Made by a program: the position numbers and the translations under genes | The notes under the pieces: model-generated | Databases searched by the model: none | Seen by the model: only the letters and a program-made list of their open reading frames with translations | What the model was told of the DNA's origin: nothing | Shown: piece by piece, positions 1-7,166 of the stretch | Numbering within the stretch: the first letter of the stretch is position 1 | Layout of the letters: the number at the start of each line of letters is the position of its first letter | Source of the DNA: a virus | Taxonomy: Duplodnaviria; Heunggongvirae; Uroviricota; Caudoviricetes | Reading direction: 5' to 3' (one strand) | IMG/VR virus record: IMGVR_UViG_2671181055_000004 | DNA length: 39,417 bases

Positions 1-70
1 TCGGTTTACGGGAAACGGTAAACAGGGCGGCGAATGCTCTGCCATCGGACGGCACCGCCGTTGCCGCGAA
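1..70. repeat. Left inverted repeat of the invertible tail-fiber segment (window starts inside the crossover site)
   Basis: nt 1-70 is the reverse complement of 1250-1319 with one mismatch (position 38 vs 1282); weaker similarity continues to about 130 bp. Confidence 0.85.
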
Positions 71-362
71 TAGACTCGCCACCCCAAGAAATATTAATGG
101 GGTTCCCTTTGACGGGACGCAGGACATAAACATCACTTCTGGTATAACACAGCAGGATGCGGATTCCCGATATATCCAGGATATCAGGCTGGGAGCAGAG
201 AACAGGCAGGTAATGTACGGTGGGGCATATTACTCTGCGTACGGTAATGTTATGGCAGGCCTGCAGATTGACAGTAAAGTTGATGCTTCAAACGATTTTA
301 TAGCATTCAGACCCCTGCAAAAATTAGTCGGAGGTACATGGATTACGGTATCTCAGTTATAA
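1..362 (+). CDS. Tail fiber protein, variable C-terminal segment (Sv-like; 5' partial, fused to a constant part outside this contig)
   Basis: Open frame from position 3 to TAA at 360-362; translation ...ETVNRAANALPSDGTAVAANRLATPRNINGVPFDGTQDINI... shows tail-fiber repeat motifs; no start codon because the frame enters through the inverted repeat. Confidence 0.7.
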   Translation, partial: GLRETVNRAANALPSDGTAVAANRLATPRNINGVPFDGTQDINITSGITQQDADSRYIQDIRLGAENRQVMYGGAYYSAYGNVMAGLQIDSKVDASNDFIAFRPLQKLVGGTWITVSQL

Positions 363-413
363 ATAGTCAGTAAATAATATATTTTAAAACAGATTTATTT
401 CCAGGAGGATTTT

Positions 414-935
414 ATGGAACTAAAAAATATAACCCGTTATTATCCTGAAAATATGCCATATGGTAATAATGTTCAGTATTTCCAGAGTGAAGATGGTAAG
501 GATTTCTACGAATCCCTGCCATTATTCACCAAAAAATATAAACTTTGCATAACACCTGACAGCGGCGTTATCTGCTCAATATCACAGGACGCCTCGGCGC
601 TGTATCCTGCGGGGTTTTCTGTGGTTGAGGTCGATGAACTCCCTGAAGGCACGGATATTTCAGGAAACTGGAAGTTTGATAATGGCATAATCTCCCGTAT
701 TCCGGTTAACTACGCAAGAAAACTGGAAGCAATGCGCCAGTCATATCTTAATCAGGCATATGAAAAAATTAATGACTGGAGAACGGAGCTACAACTGGGC
801 ACCATCAGCGATGAAGACAGAGCAGCACTTACCCAATGGATGGCATACATCAGTCAGGTGAAGAAAATGGAACTACCCGCCATTAAAACAGAAGCTGAAT
901 TTAACGCCATTAAATGGCCTGAGCAGCCACAGTAA
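414..935 (+). CDS. Tail fiber assembly chaperone (Tfa / Mu U-like)
   Basis: 173-aa ORF directly after the tail-fiber C-terminus; C-terminal region resembles the Tfa family; lower GC than surrounding genes, typical of tfa. Confidence 0.8.
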   Translation: MELKNITRYYPENMPYGNNVQYFQSEDGKDFYESLPLFTKKYKLCITPDSGVICSISQDASALYPAGFSVVEVDELPEGTDISGNWKFDNGIISRIPVNYARKLEAMRQSYLNQAYEKINDWRTELQLGTISDEDRAALTQWMAYISQVKKMELPAIKTEAEFNAIKWPEQPQ

Positions 936-966
936 TAAAGAAGGCCGGAAGGCCTTCTGAATATCA

Positions 967-1317
967 TTATATACTTGCAGCCGTCACCCATGCTCCATTT
1001 AACAGATACTGCAACGGCCGGTAATACACGCCGCCGACGTTATCTGCCGTATTCTTACCGACATCCTGTACTTTAATTCCGGTAAGAACATTGCCGCCCC
1101 CCAGATTCAGATCCCAGCTTTCCCATGTTCCGGGCATATGTGCGGTCACCGACCCCAGTCTTATGGCGGTTACTGTTCCTGATGAGATAGTGATATCCTG
1201 CGTCCCGTCAAAGGGAACACCATTAATTGTGTGGGCATTTGCCAGCCTGTTCGCGGCAACGGCGGTGCCGTCCGATGGCAGGGCATTCGCCGCCCTGTTT
1301 ACCGTTTCCCGTAAACC
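967..1317 (-). CDS. Alternative tail-fiber C-terminal segment (Sv'-like), no own start codon, expressed only after inversion
   Basis: Minus-strand frame open from the inverted repeat (GLRETVNRAANALPSDGTAVAANRLANAHTINGVPFDGTQDITI...) to the stop at 967-969; N-terminal 23 aa are almost identical to the plus-strand Sv segment. Confidence 0.65.
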   Translation of the reverse strand, partial: GLRETVNRAANALPSDGTAVAANRLANAHTINGVPFDGTQDITISSGTVTAIRLGSVTAHMPGTWESWDLNLGGGNVLTGIKVQDVGKNTADNVGGVYYRPLQYLLNGAWVTAASI

Positions 1318-1319
1318 GA
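1250..1319. repeat. Right inverted repeat of the invertible tail-fiber segment
   Basis: Reverse complement of window 1-70. Confidence 0.85.
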
Positions 1320-1331
1320 GGTTTTCAGGAA
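1306..1331. promoter_or_regulatory. gix/hix-like recombination site (12-bp imperfect inverted half-sites flanking a 2-bp core at 1318-1319)
   Basis: TTCCCGTAAACC-GA-GGTTTTCAGGAA at the outer edge of the inverted repeat, next to the invertase gene; layout resembles Gin/Hin crossover sites (recalled, not aligned). Confidence 0.55.
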
Positions 1332-1396
1332 AGCCAGGATTAACTCTGTTTTATTCCTCATGCGACAATTCCGGCTTTTTATAATAAGGAAATCGT

Positions 1397-1969
1397 ATGC
1401 TGATTGGGTATATCAGGGTGTCAACAAATGACCAGAATACGGCGCTACAAAGAAATGCGCTGGAATGTGCAGGATGTGAGCTGTTTTTCGAAGACAGAAT
1501 AAGCGGTAAGACAAGGGAGCGTCCCGGACTTAAACGCGCATTAAAGCGACTCCGGCCAGGGGATACCCTGCTGGTCTGGAAACTGGATCGCCTTGGACGC
1601 AGTATGCAGCACCTTGTCCTTTTAACAGAAGAACTCCGGCAACGCGGCGTTAACTTCCGCAGCATTACGGACAATATTGATACATCCACTCCCATGGGAC
1701 GTTTCTTTTTCCATATAATGGGCGCGCTGGCGGAAATGGAGCGGGAACTCATTATTGAACGTACACGCGCGGGTCTTGCTGCTGCCCGTGCTCAGGGGCG
1801 TCATGGCGGCAGACCTCAGAAACTGACAGAGAAAGAGCGGGAGCAAATCGCCCGTTTGCTGGCTAATGGCGAGTCCCGTAAACAAATCGCACTGATATTT
1901 GATATTGGCCTTTCCACCCTTTATCGTTATTTTCCTGCCTCACCAGCTCCGTCACCAAAAGTACCGTGA
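1397..1969 (+). CDS. gin: Serine DNA invertase (Gin/Pin/Cin/Hin family)
   Basis: 190 aa, N-terminal MLIGYIRVSTNDQNTALQRNAL... with catalytic-serine region and C-terminal HTH (STLYRYF); close to my recall of Mu Gin; sits immediately outside the invertible segment. Confidence 0.9.
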   Translation: MLIGYIRVSTNDQNTALQRNALECAGCELFFEDRISGKTRERPGLKRALKRLRPGDTLLVWKLDRLGRSMQHLVLLTEELRQRGVNFRSITDNIDTSTPMGRFFFHIMGALAEMERELIIERTRAGLAAARAQGRHGGRPQKLTEKEREQIARLLANGESRKQIALIFDIGLSTLYRYFPASPAPSPKVP

Positions 1970-2054
1970 CGCTTTTTTGAATTTCCGCAAAACACATATT
2001 TTTCAGCGGTCGCTATTCTGACTCTGTTTAATTCAGAAACAGGCAGAAAAGACG

Positions 2055-4109
2055 ATGTCAGACTCCAAGTGGAAAATGCTCTCCGCCATGCCCGGAGAGT
2101 TTTCAGTCAAGGTTGCCGGTGGCACGGTGGCATTTATTGAAAGCCCTTTCCGCCCTTCGGGTAATAAAGGGGGGATCACCTTCGCAGACTGCGTGATCCG
2201 CTTCAGCACGAAAGAGCCATTATGGGTAATGCCGGTATCCGGTAATCCCAGTGCAGAAATCACCAGTTCAGGCGTGACTGGCATCATTCCAATCACATCT
2301 GACGTGGCCGGAACGCTCACGCCCTCCGACTGGAATGCACCGGATAACGCCGGGCCTTCCGGTAGCACGAATGGCAGCAGTTCAGAGCCGGAATATTACT
2401 TTGTTGTCATTCTCGCGGGTCAGTCAAATGGCATGGCCTACGGCGAGGGGCTGCCGTTACCGGATTCGTTTGACCGCCCGGACCCACGCATTAAGCAACT
2501 GGCACGCCGCAGTACGGTAACGCCCAACGGTACGTCGTGTACATACAACGACATCATTCCGGCAGACCACTGCCTGCATGATGTTCAGGATATGAGCGGG
2601 ATAAACCACCCGAAAGCTGATCTGGCAAAAGGCCAGTACGGGACTGTCGGTCAGGGGTTGCATATTGCCAAAAAACTGCTTCCCTATATCCCACAGAATG
2701 CCGGGATACTTCTGGTGCCCTGTTGTCGTGGCGGGTCAGCATTCACCACTGGAGCCGACGGCTCATTCAGTGAGGCCAGCGGTGCTTCCGCTGATTCTTC
2801 ACGCTGGGGGGCCGGTAAACCTCTGTATCAGGACCTGGTAAGCCGCACCAAAGTCGCGCTGGCGAAAAACCCGAAAAACAAACTTCTGGCTGTGGTCTGG
2901 ATGCAGGGAGAGGCAGACCTTGCCTCAGGAAGCCAGCAGCATAATAGTTTATTCACGGCCATGGTTCAGCAGTTCAGAACTGACCTGGCTCCGCTTGCTG
3001 CGCAGTGCGTGAGTGGAAATGCCACCACGGTGCCGTGGATTTGCGGTGATACCACGTATTACTGGAAAAACGCTGGCACCGATAAATATGAGGCAGTATA
3101 CGGTGGCTACAAAGGCAAGGAAGCACAGAAAATTTTCTTTGTACCGTTCCTGACGGATGAGAATGGACAGAGCACGCCAACGAATGCTCCGGCGGAAGAC
3201 CCGGATATTGTGGCTGTCGGGTATTACGGTGCAGCATCCCGAACCCAGGGCAGTTTTGTTTCGACACAGCGTGACAGCCATTTCAGCTCATGGGCACGCA
3301 GGGGCGTCATTTCAGACCGTCTGGCCTCAGCTATTATGCTCCATGCAGGGCGCACGGCTGAACTGATGCGTGGGCAGACCGTGACACCACCGGATGAGAA
3401 GCCGTCACCTGATACACCATCAAAACCGTCCACGCCACCCGCAGACACCACGACGATGAGTACGCTATTTGCTTACCGGGCATCTGAGTCTGAAGGACGG
3501 TTGACACCACAGGGTTGGGCTGCCGGAGGTGGCAAGGCTCAAATCGTGGATGATGCCGGAGCCAGCGGGGGTAAGGCAATGAAACTGACCAAGGAAACAG
3601 GAAGAGCCCCCTGGTACCTTGAGCATGATGCTGGTAATGGTGCGGACCTGCTGGGTAAAGGTGGTCTTGTCAGTTGTCGTTTTAAACTCGATGGCGCGCT
3701 TACGGCTAATCAGTACGCACTGGCGCTGTACTGGCCGGTTTCTGCCCTGCCGCAAGGGGTTACTCTGGAAGGAAATGCCGGTCATAACCTGCTGGCATCG
3801 TTCTACGTACAGAGCGATGCCACAGACCTTAACGTGATGTATCACAAAGGAAACACGGCGCAGAACACGAAGCTGGGGTCATTCGGCGCATTTAATAACG
3901 AATGGCATACGCTGGGCTTCCGTTTTGCCGGTAACAACAGTATTGAGGTGACGCCGGTCATTGATGGTAAGGACGGGACACCATTCATGCTGTCGCAGTC
4001 TCCGGTCGGCACGTTTACGGCAGACAAGTTGCGCGTGACCGATATCACTAAAAATGCGACTTACCCGGTACTGATTGACAGTATCGTGGTGGAAGTGAAT
4101 AACGCGTAA
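2055..4109 (+). CDS. SGNH/SASA-type carbohydrate O-acetylesterase with Pro/Thr-rich linker and C-terminal beta-sandwich-like domain (NanS-p-like sialate O-acetylesterase candidate)
   Basis: 684-aa ORF with RBS-like AGGCAGAAAAGACG before the ATG; motifs FVVILAGQSNGMAYGEG and VVWMQGEADLASG resemble sialate O-acetylesterase/DUF303 blocks; linker PPDEKPSPDTPSKPSTPPADTTT. Confidence 0.55.
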   Translation: MSDSKWKMLSAMPGEFSVKVAGGTVAFIESPFRPSGNKGGITFADCVIRFSTKEPLWVMPVSGNPSAEITSSGVTGIIPITSDVAGTLTPSDWNAPDNAGPSGSTNGSSSEPEYYFVVILAGQSNGMAYGEGLPLPDSFDRPDPRIKQLARRSTVTPNGTSCTYNDIIPADHCLHDVQDMSGINHPKADLAKGQYGTVGQGLHIAKKLLPYIPQNAGILLVPCCRGGSAFTTGADGSFSEASGASADSSRWGAGKPLYQDLVSRTKVALAKNPKNKLLAVVWMQGEADLASGSQQHNSLFTAMVQQFRTDLAPLAAQCVSGNATTVPWICGDTTYYWKNAGTDKYEAVYGGYKGKEAQKIFFVPFLTDENGQSTPTNAPAEDPDIVAVGYYGAASRTQGSFVSTQRDSHFSSWARRGVISDRLASAIMLHAGRTAELMRGQTVTPPDEKPSPDTPSKPSTPPADTTTMSTLFAYRASESEGRLTPQGWAAGGGKAQIVDDAGASGGKAMKLTKETGRAPWYLEHDAGNGADLLGKGGLVSCRFKLDGALTANQYALALYWPVSALPQGVTLEGNAGHNLLASFYVQSDATDLNVMYHKGNTAQNTKLGSFGAFNNEWHTLGFRFAGNNSIEVTPVIDGKDGTPFMLSQSPVGTFTADKLRVTDITKNATYPVLIDSIVVEVNNA

Positions 4110-4123
4110 GCAGGATAAAAAAA

Positions 4124-4158
4124 TGCCGCCGGTAAGGGAAAACAAGAAACCGGCGGCA
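4124..4158 (-). terminator. GC-rich hairpin with adjacent A/T tract (terminator-like when read on the minus strand)
   Basis: TGCCGCCGGT ... ACCGGCGGCA stem (10 bp) with a 15-nt loop, preceded on the plus strand by a run of A (a T-run 3' of the stem on the minus strand). Confidence 0.3.
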
Positions 4159-4253
4159 AAAAGATCGTTATATCCAAAGCAAAAAATGCAGTGCACCTTT
4201 TTACCTAACAGATATTACCGGTGTCAACACCATGTCAATAATTGGGAGGGATA

Positions 4254-4436
4254 ATGACATTTTTACAGCTTATTTTATTGTATTTCTGCACGGCAGTATG
4301 TGCGTTATATCTGGTGAGTGGTGGTTATAAGGCCATCAGAAATTATGTTCGCCGCAAAATTGAGGACGCAGCAGCTGAAAAACTCAGTAAAACAGCGCAG
4401 GTAACTCCGCTCCCAAAAGACCCGACCCAGCCCTGA
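4254..4436 (+). CDS. Small membrane protein (60 aa, one predicted TM helix, basic/charged tail)
   Basis: ATG at 4254 with GGGAGGG 4 nt upstream; MTFLQLILLYFCTAVCALYLVSGGYKAIRNYVRRK...; alternative TTG start at 4242. Confidence 0.4.
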   Translation: MTFLQLILLYFCTAVCALYLVSGGYKAIRNYVRRKIEDAAAEKLSKTAQVTPLPKDPTQP

Positions 4437-4471
4437 TTGCAGGGCTTTATTCCCGCATAAGGAGGATATAC

Positions 4472-4726
4472 ATGCCAGAAATTAAAGGCACCGTCACTGA
4501 AGACCTGGTAAAACAGGCACTGTATTCCGGTGAAGTAAATAAGTTGCTGAAAGCGCAGGTCCGCAAGGATTTTGAGGCACAAATCGACACTTACGTTGAT
4601 GAAGTGCTGGCAAAACTTATTGGGCCAGCAGTTGCGGCCAGTGATGCTGATAATGAGCCGAAAACCGACGCGCAGCCAGAGCAACCAGACCCGGCTCAGC
4701 CCGGAACTGACAGTACCATGATGTAA
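4472..4726 (+). CDS. Hypothetical 84-aa protein with acidic Pro-rich C-terminus
   Basis: Strong SD AAGGAGG 6 nt before ATG 4472; followed by a hairpin at 4733-4758. Confidence 0.5.
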   Translation: MPEIKGTVTEDLVKQALYSGEVNKLLKAQVRKDFEAQIDTYVDEVLAKLIGPAVAASDADNEPKTDAQPEQPDPAQPGTDSTMM

Positions 4727-4732
4727 CAATAC

Positions 4733-4758
4733 AAACCGGTGGTGTCCTCTGCCGGTTT
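4733..4758 (+). terminator. Hairpin after the 84-aa ORF (weak terminator candidate)
   Basis: AAACCGG-(12 nt)-CCGGTTT; the T-run is short. Confidence 0.3.
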
Positions 4759-4893
4759 GACACTAATGAAAACATCTTTGCCGCTATCCAGCCATATGTA
4801 ATCGCTGGATAGTATTTCGTATTCAGAAATATAGCTGCTTATGGAGCAGTCAATCCTGCTTCCCCATCCGGGCAGGCAAATGAACCGGTATCA

Positions 4894-5187
4894 TTAGTCC
4901 GATTCACGCTTTTGTAGAATCGTTCCCAGAATGCTATACAGCTCATTAGCCTGTTGCTCCATCATTGAGACGGAGGCTATACGGTGCAAAGTGATTTCAG
5001 GAGGTGGCACACCTCCATCTTCTTGCTGTGGAGGAAAAACATAAGATTTAATAAAAAAGTTGAAGCATATGAACTCTCCCGCACTCGAACTGTATTTGCA
5101 GGCATCTGAATAATCGGAAAAATAATCATTATAGATTTCCGCATTTTCAATCATTTTTCGATTTCTCGTCGTTACATGATTGTCCAT
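4894..5187 (-). CDS. Hypothetical 97-aa protein in a low-GC island, divergent from com/mom
   Basis: ATG at 5187 with AGAGG 6 nt upstream; surrounding 4740-5440 is visibly AT-rich compared with the phage backbone; no recognisable domain. Confidence 0.45.
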   Translation of the reverse strand: MDNHVTTRNRKMIENAEIYNDYFSDYSDACKYSSSAGEFICFNFFIKSYVFPPQQEDGGVPPPEITLHRIASVSMMEQQANELYSILGTILQKRESD

Positions 5188-5262
5188 AGCAGCCTCTTAC
5201 GCTGGCAATTAACCAATTGACTTCTATAAATTAGTTGATTTGTTTGCTTTGCGGTATTCAAA

Positions 5263-5270
5263 TGTACAAT
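5263..5270 (+). promoter_or_regulatory. Extended -10-like element (TGTACAAT) upstream of com/mom; possible Pmom-type promoter
   Basis: TGnTACAAT in the AT-rich intergenic region about 175 bp upstream of the com start; no good -35, as expected for an activator-dependent promoter. Confidence 0.25.
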
Positions 5271-5377
5271 CATTCAGCACTTATGCGTTACAGCACCGTT
5301 TAAAATTAGTGATCAAACTCATAAATTTTCGCTAATGACATTTCGTGTTATTTGTTGTATCAATTAAATAAATCAAA

Positions 5378-5400
5378 TCGATCGTTTTTGTCGATCGATT
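5378..5400. promoter_or_regulatory. Palindrome carrying two GATC (Dam) sites just upstream of com
   Basis: TCGATCG-tttttg-TCGATCGAT; GATC at 5380-5383 and 5393-5396. Confidence 0.4.
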
Positions 5401-5443
5401 GAGTGATAAAGATATCAACAACAAAGCAGGAGGTTATGCGGCC

Positions 5444-5644
5444 ATGTATCGAAACATACGGTGCCGACATTGTAACAAGCTACTGGCACGAGCCAGCTTC
5501 AGTTATCTGGAAGTTAAATGTCCGCGCTGTAAAACCCTCAATCAAATCACATCTCAGAGCGCCACAGAGCACCCCACATACACAAGGAAATCCTGTCGTG
5601 GGGAACAGAAAGCAAGTTACATCCCGTATCATCAGCACGCCTGA
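5444..5644 (+). CDS. com: Com-like zinc-finger translational activator of mom
   Basis: 66 aa, [34 protein letters not shown]... with CxxC...CxxC zinc finger; SD AGGAGG upstream; overlaps the downstream mom frame as in Mu. Confidence 0.75.
   Translation: MYRNIRCRHCNKLLARASFSYLEVKCPRCKTLNQITSQSATEHPTYTRKSCRGEQKASYIPYHQHA
5572..5603 (+). promoter_or_regulatory. mRNA stem-loop sequestering the putative mom SD and GTG start (candidate Com-responsive translational switch)
   Basis: CCCCAC (5572-5577) pairs with GTGGGG (5598-5603); the loop contains AAGGA 9 nt upstream of GTG 5598. Confidence 0.45.
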
Positions 5645-6335
5645 ACTTATTCACTATAACGACAATATCGTCGGTTATGGCTCCCGTGAGTTACGGGTTG
5701 AGACAATAAGTTGCTGGCTGGCCCGGCTGGTCGTCGTCAATAAACATTACAGCCATCGTTTCGTAAATAATTCCTACCTTCATCTGGGCATATTTTCAGA
5801 ACGGGAGCTGGTTGGCGTAATGCAATGGGGTTATGCCCTTAATCCAAACAATGGTGCACGCGTCGTAACTGGCACGCAGAACCGCGAATATATGGAGCTT
5901 AACCGGTTATGGCTGCATGACTGTATGCCGAGAAACTCCGAATCAAGGGCAATCAGTTACGCGCTCAAACTAATCAGACAACTTTATCCGCAGGTGCAGT
6001 GGGTTCAGTCGTTTGCAGATGAGCGTTGTGGCTGTCTTGGTGTCGTGTACCAGGCAAGCAATTTTGATTATGTAGGCAGTCATGAAACAACATTCTATGA
6101 ACTTGATGGCGAGTGGTATCACGAGATTTGCAAGAATGCAATCAAACGAGGAGGACAGCGAGGTGAACATCTGCGGGCTAATATCGACAGAGCCAGTGTT
6201 CATAAATTCCGTCAGTTTCGTTACATCCGGTTTCTGGACAAGAGAGCCAGAAAACGCCTTAACACAAAGCTATTCAAAGTCCAGCCTTACCCAAAACCAC
6301 AAACAGTTAAAACTGGTTTGAAAGAGAGTGAATGA
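5598..6335 (+). CDS. mom: Mom-like DNA modification protein (start inferred at GTG 5598; the long upstream frame from 5403 is not a separate product)
   Basis: Long ORF ending at 6335 directly before the phage right end; overlaps the com 3' end in another frame; 245 aa from GTG 5598, close to my recalled size of Mu Mom (about 230-240 aa). Confidence 0.65.
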   Translation: MGNRKQVTSRIISTPELIHYNDNIVGYGSRELRVETISCWLARLVVVNKHYSHRFVNNSYLHLGIFSERELVGVMQWGYALNPNNGARVVTGTQNREYMELNRLWLHDCMPRNSESRAISYALKLIRQLYPQVQWVQSFADERCGCLGVVYQASNFDYVGSHETTFYELDGEWYHEICKNAIKRGGQRGEHLRANIDRASVHKFRQFRYIRFLDKRARKRLNTKLFKVQPYPKPQTVKTGLKESE

Positions 6336-6370
6336 ACGCTTAAAAACTCATTCTAAAACTCAAAAGAAAA

Positions 6371-6411
6371 GCGCCGATTTAGTATCAAATAAGTTGCGTA
6401 TCGGCGTTTTT
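6371..6411 (+). terminator. Hairpin followed by T5 after mom (terminator candidate; the loop contains the innermost end repeat)
   Basis: GCGCCGAT ... ATCGGCG followed by TTTTT at 6407-6411; the loop is long (about 21 nt). Confidence 0.3.
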
Positions 6412-6463
6412 CAGCGGTATCAAATGAAATGCAAATCGGTATCAAAAAAATCGCCGCGCTATA
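6380..6463. repeat. Right-end terminal transposase-binding repeats (three GGTATCAAA-type sites) and phage terminus
   Basis: AGTATCAAATAAG (6381-6393), CGGTATCAAATGAAA (6414-6428), CGGTATCAAAAAAA (6437-6450); the same motif is repeated three times at the other phage end (38634-38797); terminal 27 bp align in register with the other end as an inverted repeat. Confidence 0.65.
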
Positions 6464-6548
6464 GACAGCCTAAGCGGCTGCTGACCTCCCTGACCATGCT
6501 GTAAATCTCTTTATCCTGGTTGTCACAGAATAAGCCCGGTAAAATACG
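6464..6548 (+). mobile_element. IS66-family element, 3' remnant of tnpB (host side of the insertion)
   Basis: 6466-6504 encodes QPKRLLTSLTML-stop, which joins in frame to the truncated TnpB ...GIDWR at 38810 once the shared GACA is counted once. Confidence 0.6.
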
Positions 6549-6798
6549 NNNNNNNNNNNNNNNNNNNNNNNNNNNNNNNNNNNNNNNNNNNNNNNNNNNN
6601 NNNNNNNNNNNNNNNNNNNNNNNNNNNNNNNNNNNNNNNNNNNNNNNNNNNNNNNNNNNNNNNNNNNNNNNNNNNNNNNNNNNNNNNNNNNNNNNNNNNN
6701 NNNNNNNNNNNNNNNNNNNNNNNNNNNNNNNNNNNNNNNNNNNNNNNNNNNNNNNNNNNNNNNNNNNNNNNNNNNNNNNNNNNNNNNNNNNNNNNNNN
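6549..6798. other. Assembly gap (250 N)
   Basis: Run of n characters. Confidence 1.
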
Positions 6799-7166
6799 AC
6801 GTCAGCGGGACCAAGACTGTTTTTTGTGGCAAGCGTCCCCAGACCAAGATAACCACGGGCCAGACGCTGGGCCTCCGCACCGGCATCAGCAATTTCTTTC
6901 AGGTTATTTTTCCGGGAAAAGGCATTCGCAGCGATAATGGCTTTAATGGACAGCGTAAGCTGGTTTAACTGCGCCTTATCCGGCTGAATACTGGCTTCAG
7001 CCAGAATATTCAGCAGTTCGGCCTGGAGAATATTCAGCCAGTCCTGACCAATCCAGCTGATACCTTTTTGTCCGTCACCTTCGGTAAACCAGGTGGTGGT
7101 ATTACTCTGCGCCGGTGCCAGCGCAGGCATATTCGCCACGCCGGAATTATTATCAACATGAAACAT
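6799..7166 (-). CDS. Tail fiber protein, N-terminal constant part (3' truncated by the gap)
   Basis: ATG at 7166; MFHVDNNSGVANMPALAPAQSNTTTWFTEGDGQKGISWIGQDWLNILQAELL... resembles tail-fiber N-terminal domains; the frame runs into the N gap. Confidence 0.7.

Larger units (their letters stand above)
1..6463 (+). mobile_element. Mu-like transposable prophage, right-end segment (tail-fiber inversion module, invertase, cargo island, com/mom, right terminal repeats)
   Basis: Gene order matches the right end of phage Mu (S variable part, U, gin, com, mom). Terminal GGTATCAAA-type repeats at 6380-6450. Phage/host junction inferred at 6463/6464. Confidence 0.8.

Noticed and set aside
1091-1384. Plus-strand 97-aa ORF inside the invertible segment
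   Set aside because: It is antisense to the Sv'-like tail-fiber segment and crosses the inverted repeat and crossover site; no RBS.
4232-4333. Alternative 33-codon ORF starting at ATG 4232
   Set aside because: No SD; overlaps the better-supported 4254-4436 frame. Kept only as an alternative.
5403-6335. Single 310-aa ORF from the six-frame track
   Set aside because: It fuses the com upstream region with mom in one frame. com is encoded in another frame (5444-5644) and mom most plausibly starts at GTG 5598.
6380-6450. Short direct repeats GGTATCAAA spaced 20-35 bp apart (also at 38634-38797): possible CRISPR-like or iteron array
   Set aside because: Only three copies with irregular spacing at each phage terminus, in inverted orientation between the two ends; this is the pattern of transposase-binding end sites, not a CRISPR array.
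6520-6548. Possible start of IS66 tnpC (TTG 6520, MSQNKPGKI...)
   Set aside because: Only 9 codons before the gap and no recognisable motif; cannot be supported from this window.
6459-7166. ORFs 6459-7166 (minus), 6470-6892 (minus) and 6520-6852 (plus) spanning the N run
   Set aside because: Translation through 250 N (X residues) is an artefact. Only 6799-7166 (tail fiber N-terminus) and the tnpB remnant at 6464-6504 are real coding sequence.
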